The position numbers and the translations under genes are program-made. A DNA stretch of 24,334 bases from Pseudobdellovibrionaceae bacterium. GTDB taxonomy: Bacteria; Bdellovibrionota; Bdellovibrionia; Bdellovibrionales; JAMPXM01. The stretch's first letter is position 1. Each line of letters starts with the position of its first letter. A model generated the notes under the pieces. The model saw nothing but the letters and a program-made list of their open reading frames with translations. It had not been told where the DNA came from and did no database searches. The DNA is taken from the NCBI GenBank assembly GCA_913774795.1, contig CAJYIL010000166.1:1-24334 (forward strand). The letters are read 5' to 3'. This document shows, piece after piece, positions 1-7,429 of this stretch.

Positions 1-243
1 GGGCTCGTTTATTTCTGTAGTGAATCGAATCTTCGCGCCCACGCGGCCCAGGGCGGCGGTTACCCAGCGACGTGCGAGATGACCGAGGAGAAGAAGATCG
101 CCTTCAATGAAGGTCGCCAGGATTTCATCGAAAGCGAAGTTGTTCGTTTGCGTGATGAAGTCACGCAACTCCGGGGCCGCGTCAGCGACCTCGAAAACGA
201 AAACTCGCACTTGAAGCGCGAGCTCGACAGCGTCAAGCGCTAA
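1..243 (+). CDS. 3' end of a DUF2799-like protein with a C-terminal coiled coil (partial, start is upstream of the window)
   Basis: Frame 1 is open from base 1 to TAA 241-243 and reads GLVYFCSESNLRAHAAQGGGYPATCEMTEEKKIAFNEGRQDFIESEVVRLRDEVTQLRGRVSDLENENSHLKRELDSVKR. The YFC...GxxY...C...F.xG pattern recalls DUF2799, and the tail has heptad-like Leu/Val spacing. The family call is from memory of the motif only. Confidence 0.55.
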   Translation, partial: GLVYFCSESNLRAHAAQGGGYPATCEMTEEKKIAFNEGRQDFIESEVVRLRDEVTQLRGRVSDLENENSHLKRELDSVKR

Positions 244-665
244 CTCAAAAGCTGAGGAATTGCCGCCTCGGGGATGACGCCCGGTTGTCGGCGAACTTCT
301 TTACCGTTCTTGAAAACGATCGTCGTTGGAATGCCGCGCACGCCGAGCTGAGCGCTCAGTTGCTGTTCGGTTTCGGTGTTGATCTTCACGAAGACCGCTG
401 ACTTGAGGTTCTTGGAGGCGGCTTCGAAATTTGGGCCGTAGGCGCGGCAGGGTCCGCACCAGCTCGCCCAAAAATCGGCGATCACCGGTTGATCCGACTT
501 TGCCAGCAACTTCTTAAAGCCTTCGGCCGTGACCTCGCTCACGAGACCGTGCATGGGTAAAGTTTGTCCGCACTTCCCGCACGAGGGCGTTTTCTCGAGC
601 GCCTTTTGGCTGTCGACTTTGTTGAGAGACGCACATTTAGAACAAACCGAAAATGTATGAGCCAC
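240..665 (-). CDS. trxC: Thioredoxin 2 (TrxC) with N-terminal zinc-binding domain
   Basis: WCGPC active site, cis-Pro GIPT, and two N-terminal CxxC motifs (CSKC, CGKC). Start reassigned to GTG at 665, 6 nt downstream of a GAGGAGG SD (678-672). 141 aa. Confidence 0.93.
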   Translation of the reverse strand: MAHTFSVCSKCASLNKVDSQKALEKTPSCGKCGQTLPMHGLVSEVTAEGFKKLLAKSDQPVIADFWASWCGPCRAYGPNFEAASKNLKSAVFVKINTETEQQLSAQLGVRGIPTTIVFKNGKEVRRQPGVIPEAAIPQLLS

Positions 666-726
666 GTCAGGCCTCCTCAAACTTGATTCTCCCAGAGAGA
701 ACCTGAGGCCATCAAGAGCGTGAACA

Positions 727-746
727 AATTTGCATGTATGCATATT
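727..746. promoter_or_regulatory. Candidate dimeric transcription-factor operator AATTTGCAT-GT-ATGCATATT
   Basis: 8 of 10 symmetric base pairs, in the AT-rich divergent region between trxC and the 836 ORF. A further ATGCAT lies at 768-773. Confidence 0.35.
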
Positions 747-835
747 GAGAATAATTACTTTGTCATCATGCATTAGCCAAATACATTACCTGTGAGTAGA
801 ACTGCCGCATTCCAACTCACACTGAAGGAAAACAA

Positions 836-2062
836 ATGAAACTCACCGGACTCTTTTTATCGCTCGTTCTCGCTGCCCAAATCTCTCAAGCACGTCTTCT
901 TGATTCAAAAGTAGTTCTCAAAGCCTCTGAGCTTAAAGGACAAACCTACTTCTCGCTTATGAAAGAAAAGGTGAAGCCCGAGCTCGACGCTTTCGCGACC
1001 GACGGCTTCTCGCCCGTGAGCGGCCACGAAGCGGTCGGCGTTCTTGAAAACGTGGGTAAAAAAGTCAGCTCCGGCGTCATGCGCGCAGCCAAAGATCGCG
1101 ACACGTTGGCCGCCGTCGCCAACGCACTCAACGGCGAAATGGTTACATTCTACGATCTGCCTGCGGCGATCGCGAAAGTCGACCGCGGCGTATCTCGCTA
1201 CGATCTCACGACTTACCTGGCTCTCGCGAGCGGCGCGGGTGTCGCAATCGAGATCGATGAAAACAACACGTTCTACAATGTGAACTACGGAACGGGTGCC
1301 GTCGAAAAAGATGAGATGACCGGTCGCTCATTTAGCGAAACGCCGCTCCATAGGGCCGATGACATCTCCGACAAATCTTATTTAAAGGGCCTTGAAGACC
1401 TCGTCGCCGGCGAAGTGTTCCAAAAAGATTTCTTCTCAGTTGTTATGCAAGGTCTCGTGAACAGCGATTTCTCGGGCTACAAAAAACTCTCGGATCTCGG
1501 GCAGTCGGTCGCGACGGACTTCTTCGCCATCTACACAGCGGAACAAGATCGTCACTTGATGGCGAATCTGAGAAATCACGCTTGGGATGTCGCGCTTCTC
1601 GAAGTGACGCTCATCTCGAGTCTCCACGGTGGCCAAGAGAAAATCGCGCTTCTCGTTCAAGGCGAGATGAAAGATGTCGTTCTCAATCAGGTTCGCTGCG
1701 GTCAATCCGACGGCAAGACTCGCGACGCTTCGCTGATCGACTACTGGCAATTCACGACGAACCCAGATCCGAAATCGTGCGGGCGAAGCGGTATCAATAT
1801 TACGAAGCGTGACTTCCGTGCCCTCGGTCTTGCGATCTCGAAGTACGAGCGCGAACACAACCCCGAGTTGGTTGCAAACGTCGAGCGCCATTTCACGGGC
1901 CGCAAGAATGCAAACGTCTTTGCGGGATTGTCGGCGTACTTGATCAGCTACGATGCGCCTCGCGCAATGGGCCGCGAAGGTCAACAGCTCGTCAAAGACG
2001 TTTTGGCTTTCTTGGAGCAAGTGCACGCCGACGCAAACGAAATTACTCAAGCAACTCATTAA
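836..2062 (+). CDS. Hypothetical secreted protein, 408 aa
   Basis: Long ORF with a GAAGGA SD upstream, a Sec-type signal peptide (MKLTGLFLSLVLAAQISQA) and a terminator directly after the stop. I recognise no domain. Confidence 0.88.
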   Translation: MKLTGLFLSLVLAAQISQARLLDSKVVLKASELKGQTYFSLMKEKVKPELDAFATDGFSPVSGHEAVGVLENVGKKVSSGVMRAAKDRDTLAAVANALNGEMVTFYDLPAAIAKVDRGVSRYDLTTYLALASGAGVAIEIDENNTFYNVNYGTGAVEKDEMTGRSFSETPLHRADDISDKSYLKGLEDLVAGEVFQKDFFSVVMQGLVNSDFSGYKKLSDLGQSVATDFFAIYTAEQDRHLMANLRNHAWDVALLEVTLISSLHGGQEKIALLVQGEMKDVVLNQVRCGQSDGKTRDASLIDYWQFTTNPDPKSCGRSGINITKRDFRALGLAISKYEREHNPELVANVERHFTGRKNANVFAGLSAYLISYDAPRAMGREGQQLVKDVLAFLEQVHADANEITQATH

Positions 2063-2076
2063 TCATCAGAGGGTGG

Positions 2077-2122
2077 GGCCCGCGTGCTTTGTGTGTGAGA
2101 CAAAGCACGCGGGCCTTTTTTT
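2077..2122 (+). terminator. Rho-independent terminator
   Basis: Perfect 16-bp stem GGCCCGCGTGCTTTGT (2077-2092) / ACAAAGCACGCGGGCC (2100-2115), 7-nt loop, then T7. It begins 14 nt after the stop of 836..2062. Confidence 0.92.
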
Positions 2123-3185
2123 ATTTCAGCTCACGCTTCGCTTTCATTCGCGCCGTGCCTTCGGCGCCAATCTTTTTCCAGCGCTCTTTCTCGGCCTTCG
2201 CGAACGCTTTATCGATCTTCCTTAGACCGAATCGCACTTCCGCCTGAAGCTTCAGATAATTCGACCACCGGCCGAGATCGAGTGAGCCGGCCGCCAACGC
2301 GTGTTTGACCGCGCAGCCGGGTTCGGTCCCATGAGCGCAATCTCCGAACCGACATTGAGCGATCAAGTCTTCGACTTCTGCGAACTGAGTCGAGACTCCT
2401 TCGGCATGGTCGGCGAGTTGGAGCTCGCGCATACCCGGCGTATCGATGATCAATCCTCCGTACCTCGAAACGAACAATCCTCGCGACGTCGTCGTGTGTT
2501 TGCCGCGATCGTCGTGAGCTCTGACCTCACGCGTGGACTGCCGTGCCGTCGTAATCAAATGGTTCACGAGGGTCGATTTTCCGACTCCGCTTGAACCAAC
2601 GAAAACGCTCGTCGAACCCGGTCGCAAGAGGCGGGCAAAAAAGCCGGCTTCATCGAAGCGATCAGAAGCAACGCTGTAAACGTCGACGCCCGAAAACGAC
2701 CGTGCCATCGTAAGAGCGATCCCGTCGGGATCGTTCACGAGATCGGCTTTGGTAAGAAGTAGGACGGGCGTGCAGCCAGACTCATGCACCATCGCGAAAT
2801 ACCGCTCGAGCCGTCGCTCGTTCAGATCATTGTTCATGGAAGTCGTAACGAAGACCGTGTCGACGTTGGCGGCCAGAATCTGCAGGTCGTGCGAGGAACC
2901 GATCTGTTTTCGCTGTAAAAGCGTCCGACGCGGCAAAATCCCATGGATGACGGCTCGGTCGCCGAAGGCGATCTGGACCCAGTCACCGACCGCCGGAAAT
3001 GACTCCCGTCCGCGTGATTCGTGCATCATCCGGCCGCTGACGACCGCCGGCCGTTCTTCCGTCATTGAGAGTTGAACTCGGTATAAACCTCGCTCTTCGC
3101 CGATGACCCGCGCGGGCGTCAGGCCGGGCGCGAGCTCACCCGAAAAGCCGTAAAAATCCAAGAATTCGCCAAGCGAATTGGACAT
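2121..3185 (-). CDS. rsgA: Ribosome small subunit-dependent GTPase A (circularly permuted GTPase)
   Basis: Permuted motif order G4 (TKAD), G1 (GSSGVGKST), G2 (HTTT), G3 (DTPG). C-terminal Zn site CRFGDCAHGTEPGC and an N-terminal OB-fold-like region. SD AAAAGGAG at 3198-3191. Confidence 0.96.
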   Translation of the reverse strand: MSNSLGEFLDFYGFSGELAPGLTPARVIGEERGLYRVQLSMTEERPAVVSGRMMHESRGRESFPAVGDWVQIAFGDRAVIHGILPRRTLLQRKQIGSSHDLQILAANVDTVFVTTSMNNDLNERRLERYFAMVHESGCTPVLLLTKADLVNDPDGIALTMARSFSGVDVYSVASDRFDEAGFFARLLRPGSTSVFVGSSGVGKSTLVNHLITTARQSTREVRAHDDRGKHTTTSRGLFVSRYGGLIIDTPGMRELQLADHAEGVSTQFAEVEDLIAQCRFGDCAHGTEPGCAVKHALAAGSLDLGRWSNYLKLQAEVRFGLRKIDKAFAKAEKERWKKIGAEGTARMKAKRELK

Positions 3186-3190
3186 TGGAA

Positions 3191-3222
3191 CTCCTTTTAA
3201 GTTTTTTAGAAAAGAAAGGAGG
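3191..3222 (-). promoter_or_regulatory. SD-sequestering hairpin upstream of rsgA (anti-SD CUCCUUU / SD AAAGGAG)
   Basis: Plus-strand CTCCTTT (3191-3197) and AAAGGAG (3215-3221) are perfect inverted repeats. On the rsgA mRNA the 3' arm is the rsgA ribosome-binding site. Confidence 0.55.
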
Positions 3223-3224
3223 GC

Positions 3225-3278
3225 TTAAGCCGCGAAAAGCGCGCAGAGGCCCTGAGAAACGACGTTTGCTACCATCAT
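3225..3278 (-). CDS. Putative leader peptide (uORF) MMVANVVSQGLCALFAA upstream of rsgA
   Basis: AAGGAGG (3290-3284), a 5-nt spacer, ATG ATG, and TAA at 3227-3225. The uORF ends 39 nt before the rsgA ATG and 3 nt before the anti-SD arm. Confidence 0.55.
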   Translation of the reverse strand: MMVANVVSQGLCALFAA

Positions 3279-3490
3279 AAGAGCCTCCTTGAAGCGGGTG
3301 ATGGGACCAATGTATCCGGGTTCCCGAAGCCCCGCAAGACGGGTACCCCGCGTGCGCGTGAAGGATTTCCCGAAAGTGTTGCGATCTCGCAAACTTCCAC
3401 GGCAGAAATTTTCTTGCTTGAACGGAGTCCATTGCGTTCGTTGGACGGCAGGCGTATCCACTCCAGCACACAATCGAAGGATCTCACGAC

Positions 3491-4414
3491 ATGCGTCTCG
3501 CCATAGCGGGTTTGTTTTTTATTTTCGCCGGCGCTGCCCAAGCGCTTCCGTCCCCAGCTCTTCAACGCCTGATCGATCGCACCAGTGACAAGAACATCAC
3601 GTTTTTCCACACAGTCGAAAAGCAATCGACGCGCAACTGCCCGAAGGGTCGCACATTCATCACTGGCAAAGAGCCTTGGACGGGTGAAAAGCGCGACATC
3701 CTCTTAAACGAGTATGAAGCCACGGGCTCGACTCGCGCGATCATCATCATGCCGCCAACCGGTGGCGAGAACATCGTCGATCAGTACTATGCGAATCAGT
3801 TTTGCTCGAAAGGCATTCGCGCCGTGATCGTGAATAACTTCGAGATGTTTCCGGAGAGCGGCGTTGACTTGAAAATGTACGACATCGAAGCGCTTCGCTC
3901 GCTCGCGGCGATTCGTCAAACAGCGGAGTATTTGAGCCGTACGGGTACGAAGTCGATCGGCCTTATCGGAACATCGCTCGGCGCTCTTCAGGGTTCGCTT
4001 GGTGTCATGGTCGATGATCGCATCAACGTCGCCACTTTCATCGTTGGCGGAATGGGCTTAGCGCAAATCGTGGCGGCGTCAGAAGAGCCTGAACAAGCGC
4101 AGCTTCGCAAACTTCGGATGGACATGTGGAAGCTCGATCAGAAGCAATACGCCGAGAAAGTTCGTCAGGCGATCCATGTCGACACGTTCGCGTTCGAGGA
4201 CGATGCGACTCTCAAAGATCGCAAGAAGGTGATGTCGATCATCGCGATCGGCGATACGTATGTCCCGACTGAAAATCAGATGCGACTTTACCGCGTGTGG
4301 GGAACTCAGCCGAAGATCACGATGGTGCGTCCTCATGTCGATACGGTCATGCGTTCCGCGCTCATGCATGCGACCGAGATCTACACGTTCATGAACAACA
4401 ACTTGATCCCTTAA
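3491..4414 (+). CDS. Secreted alpha/beta-fold hydrolase (putative esterase/lipase)
   Basis: Signal peptide (MRLAIAGLFFIFAGAAQA) and nucleophile elbow GTSLG. Candidate Asp (GDTYVP), His (RPH) and oxyanion region (MPPTGG). GAAGGA SD upstream. Confidence 0.85.
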   Translation: MRLAIAGLFFIFAGAAQALPSPALQRLIDRTSDKNITFFHTVEKQSTRNCPKGRTFITGKEPWTGEKRDILLNEYEATGSTRAIIIMPPTGGENIVDQYYANQFCSKGIRAVIVNNFEMFPESGVDLKMYDIEALRSLAAIRQTAEYLSRTGTKSIGLIGTSLGALQGSLGVMVDDRINVATFIVGGMGLAQIVAASEEPEQAQLRKLRMDMWKLDQKQYAEKVRQAIHVDTFAFEDDATLKDRKKVMSIIAIGDTYVPTENQMRLYRVWGTQPKITMVRPHVDTVMRSALMHATEIYTFMNNNLIP

Positions 4415-5190
4415 ACGATGGGGCTTAAGCCGCCATCGACGTTGATGGCGGTGCCGGTTACGTACGAGCCAGCCTCACTCACCAAGAAGGCCGCGAGATT
4501 CGCGAATTCTTCTCCGCGGCCCATTCGGCCGAGCGGAACTTGCTGACCCATCTTATCGACGAGATCGTCGGTGGAGATGCCGTCGGCCTTGGCTTTTCTC
4601 TGCCATTGATCTGATTCAATTAAGCCCACGAGAAGCGCGTTGACGAGAATCCCGTGTGGGGCGCCTTCGTTGGCCATTATTTTCGTCAGGGCGAGTCCTG
4701 CGGCGCGGGTGACCGATGAGGGCGCTGAGCCGGCCTTGGGCGCTTTGGCGGCGATCGCGAGCGTGTTGATCACGCGACCCCACTTGCGCTCTTGCATCTG
4801 CGGCCAGACGAGACGAGTGAACCTCACCGCCGAAAAAAATTTGAGATCGAAGTCGGCCTGCCAGTCTTCATCGGTAATTTGCGTAAATGGTTTTGCCGAA
4901 GAGGCGCCGACATTGTTGACGACGATATCGATACGGCCGAACTGGCCCATCACTTCGTTGTACGCTCGGGTGACGTCTCTCGCGCGCGAAACGTCGGCGC
5001 TGACCGCGAGAGTTTTGGCTTCGCCGTGGTGCGTGTGAATCTCTGCGAGGGCACCTTTCAGGGTCTCGGAGTCACGGCCAACGATCGCGACGTTCGCGCC
5101 GTTCAGCGCGAACTCTTTAGCCATCGCGAGCCCGAGTCCTTTGGAGCCACCGGTGATGACGGCCGTGCGGCCCTTGAGATCGATGATCAT
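4411..5190 (-). CDS. SDR-family oxidoreductase, atypical active site (BKR-like subgroup)
   Basis: TGGSKGLG cofactor motif, NNVG, and C-terminal TGTAINVDGG. The YxxxK position reads SVTR. The ATG overlaps the purA stop (TGATG). Confidence 0.92.
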   Translation of the reverse strand: MIIDLKGRTAVITGGSKGLGLAMAKEFALNGANVAIVGRDSETLKGALAEIHTHHGEAKTLAVSADVSRARDVTRAYNEVMGQFGRIDIVVNNVGASSAKPFTQITDEDWQADFDLKFFSAVRFTRLVWPQMQERKWGRVINTLAIAAKAPKAGSAPSSVTRAAGLALTKIMANEGAPHGILVNALLVGLIESDQWQRKAKADGISTDDLVDKMGQQVPLGRMGRGEEFANLAAFLVSEAGSYVTGTAINVDGGLSPIV

Positions 5191-6485
5191 CAGTTGAACA
5201 GAGGCTTAATCCAGAGCGTTTGTTCACGACCCGGACCGACGGAAACAACGTCGATCGGAGTTGCGAGTTCGTTCCCGATGAACTGGATATAATCGCGTGC
5301 GGCCTGAGGAAGATCGTTGATCGCGCGAACTTGCGAGATGTCTTCCTTCCAGCCTGTGAGCGATTTATAAACCGGCTCGACGCGCGAGAGATCCGCGGTG
5401 TTGGTTGGGAGTTCTTTGATCTCGACACCGTCAAGACGATACGCCGTGCACGCTTCGATCTTGTCGTGACCCGACAAGATATCGAGCTTCATGAGCGCGA
5501 TGTTCGTGATGCCGTTGACGCGAATCGCGTACTTGAGAGCAACGAGATCGAGCCAGCCGGTGCGGCGCGCGCGGCCCGTTGTCGCTCCGAATTCTCCGCC
5601 TTCTTTACGAATGCGCTCGCCGAGATCGCCGTGAAGCTCAGTCGGAAACGGCCCTGAGCCCACGCGTGTCGTGTAGGCTTTGGTGATACCGACGATCTTC
5701 TGGGCGGCGTGAGGTCCGACACCTGTTCCGATAAATGCTGATCCCGCAATCGTCGAAGACGAGGTGACGTAAGGATACGTGCCGTGGAGAAGATCGAGCA
5801 TTGTACCTTGAGCGCCTTCGAACAAAACTTTCTTGTGATCTTTGAGAGCTTTGTGAACGAGGATGGAGGCGTCTTTCGCGCGGTAAGGTGCGAGCTCTTT
5901 CGTGAGCTCACGAACCCGACCAAAGAGTTGTTCAGCGTCGATCGGTTCAGTTTTATAATATTCTTTGAGGAGGAAGTTCTTCTCTTGAAGAGCTTCCTCG
6001 AGTTTCGCTCTCAACTTGGCTTCGTCGAATAGGTCGCCGAACAAAATCGCTTTGCGAGCCGCGCGATCCTCGTAGGCCGGACCAATTCCGCGGCCAGTTG
6101 TTCCGATCTTCTCTTTGCCGAGGGCTTTCTCGCGAGCTTGATCGATCGCGCGGTGGTAACTCAAAAGAACCGTGCACTGATCAGAAATTTTGAGTTGCTC
6201 AGGGTTTGCGATCAGGCCCGCTTCTCTGAGTGAGCGAATCTCGTTTACGACTTCTTCGAGATCGAGAACGACGCCGGCCGCGATCACGCATGTCGTTTTC
6301 GGGTGGAGGATACCCGACGGCACCAAGTGCAAAACAGTTTTTACGCCGTTGACGACGAGGGTGTGACCGGCGTTGGCGCCGCCTTGGTAGCGTACGACGA
6401 AATCGGATTGCGCCGAAAAAACGTCGATGACCTTGCCTTTTCCTTCATCACCCCACTGCGAGCCGACGACGATGATACCTGGCAC
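5190..6485 (-). CDS. purA: Adenylosuccinate synthetase
   Basis: GSQWGDEGKGK, RYQGGANAGHT, IGTTGRGIGPAY, FEGAQG, TYPYVTSS, TRVGSGPFPTE and GATTGRARR motifs. Confidence 0.99.
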   Translation of the reverse strand: MPGIIVVGSQWGDEGKGKVIDVFSAQSDFVVRYQGGANAGHTLVVNGVKTVLHLVPSGILHPKTTCVIAAGVVLDLEEVVNEIRSLREAGLIANPEQLKISDQCTVLLSYHRAIDQAREKALGKEKIGTTGRGIGPAYEDRAARKAILFGDLFDEAKLRAKLEEALQEKNFLLKEYYKTEPIDAEQLFGRVRELTKELAPYRAKDASILVHKALKDHKKVLFEGAQGTMLDLLHGTYPYVTSSSTIAGSAFIGTGVGPHAAQKIVGITKAYTTRVGSGPFPTELHGDLGERIRKEGGEFGATTGRARRTGWLDLVALKYAIRVNGITNIALMKLDILSGHDKIEACTAYRLDGVEIKELPTNTADLSRVEPVYKSLTGWKEDISQVRAINDLPQAARDYIQFIGNELATPIDVVSVGPGREQTLWIKPLFN

Positions 6486-6523
6486 TTGAAAGCTCCCTGT
6501 TTGTTTTTGCGGAAGCTCAGAAT

Positions 6524-7429
6524 CTACATCCAGGGCGCATTTCCTGGCAATTCATCGGAGGTGGCGCCATGCTGCGCAAAAGCGATGATCTTGTCAGCGG
6601 CTTCAGAAGACGCTTGCCGAAAGGCCTCATGGGTCGAAGCGCCCACATGCGGTGAGAGCACGACATCGTCGCGGCCTGCGAGGGCGCTTGAAGCGGGAAG
6701 AGGCTCGTGTTCAAAGACATCAAGCCCAGCGGCCGCGACCTGCTTCGAGTTCAGCGCCTCGATCAGCGTGCTCTCTTTAACGACGTGTCCGCGCGATGTA
6801 TTCACGAAGATGAGCCCCGGTTTTGCCCCGACAAATGACTGAATCATGTGTTTGGTCGCAGGTGTTGCCGGCACGTGAACGCTGACGACGTCGCAGTCGG
6901 CGAGGATTTGCTCCAGCGATTCGCCGTTTTGATACGGATCACAGATTCGTACGGTCATACCGAACGCACGCGCGATCGCGGCGACCCGCGAGCCGATGCG
7001 CCCGTGGCCCACGACGCCGTAGGTTTTTCCGGAGAGTTGTGTTCCCATCTTGCGGGTCCAGTCACCTTGCTCGACCCGCTCGTGGGCTTGGATCAAACCA
7101 CGCGCGCAGGCGAGGACGAGGGCCCAGGTGAGTTCGGCCGCCGATGCCGCATTTGCGTTTGGCGTGTACATCACGCGAACGCCGCGGGCCTGAGTCGCCT
7201 TTAAGTCAATGTGATCGAAGCCACTCGTGCAGGTTACGATCACGCGCAGCTTTGGCGCACGCGTGAGCAACTGCGAATCGACTGGCGTGCGCGAGCGAAT
7301 CACCAGAGCTTCAACGTTTGAGAGATCGTCGGCCGAGAGATCAAAAGACTTCGCGCGAGCGCACGTCACGGCTTTTGAAAGGCGCGAAAGCGCTTCGTCA
7401 TCGAAGCGATCGCTGACGAGCGTGATCAT
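6524..7429 (-). CDS. serA: D-isomer-specific 2-hydroxyacid dehydrogenase, probably D-3-phosphoglycerate dehydrogenase without the ACT domain
   Basis: GFDHIDL, NAASAAE, GHGRIG NAD-binding motif, and catalytic R (NTSRG), E (FEHEP) and H (SPHVGAST). Substrate is inferred from context next to a class V aminotransferase. Confidence 0.8.
   Translation of the reverse strand: MITLVSDRFDDEALSRLSKAVTCARAKSFDLSADDLSNVEALVIRSRTPVDSQLLTRAPKLRVIVTCTSGFDHIDLKATQARGVRVMYTPNANAASAAELTWALVLACARGLIQAHERVEQGDWTRKMGTQLSGKTYGVVGHGRIGSRVAAIARAFGMTVRICDPYQNGESLEQILADCDVVSVHVPATPATKHMIQSFVGAKPGLIFVNTSRGHVVKESTLIEALNSKQVAAAGLDVFEHEPLPASSALAGRDDVVLSPHVGASTHEAFRQASSEAADKIIAFAQHGATSDELPGNAPWM

Noticed and set aside
3340-3450. 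Possible c-di-GMP-I (GEMM) riboswitch, suggested by GAAA and GCAAA words
   Set aside because: It lacks the GG(C/U)AAA-P2-GAAA...GCAAA-P3 order and the P1 pairing. Kept only as an unassigned structured region.
3225-3473. 82-aa ORF extending the rsgA uORF upstream
   Set aside because: There is no SD at its distal start, whereas a perfect SD precedes ATG 3278. Only the last 17 codons are treated as a candidate.
3222-4431. Palindrome GGCTTAAGCC present twice (3222-3231 and 4422-4431)
   Set aside because: The second copy lies in SDR coding sequence (GGLSP). Two copies of a 10-mer are not evidence of a repeat family.
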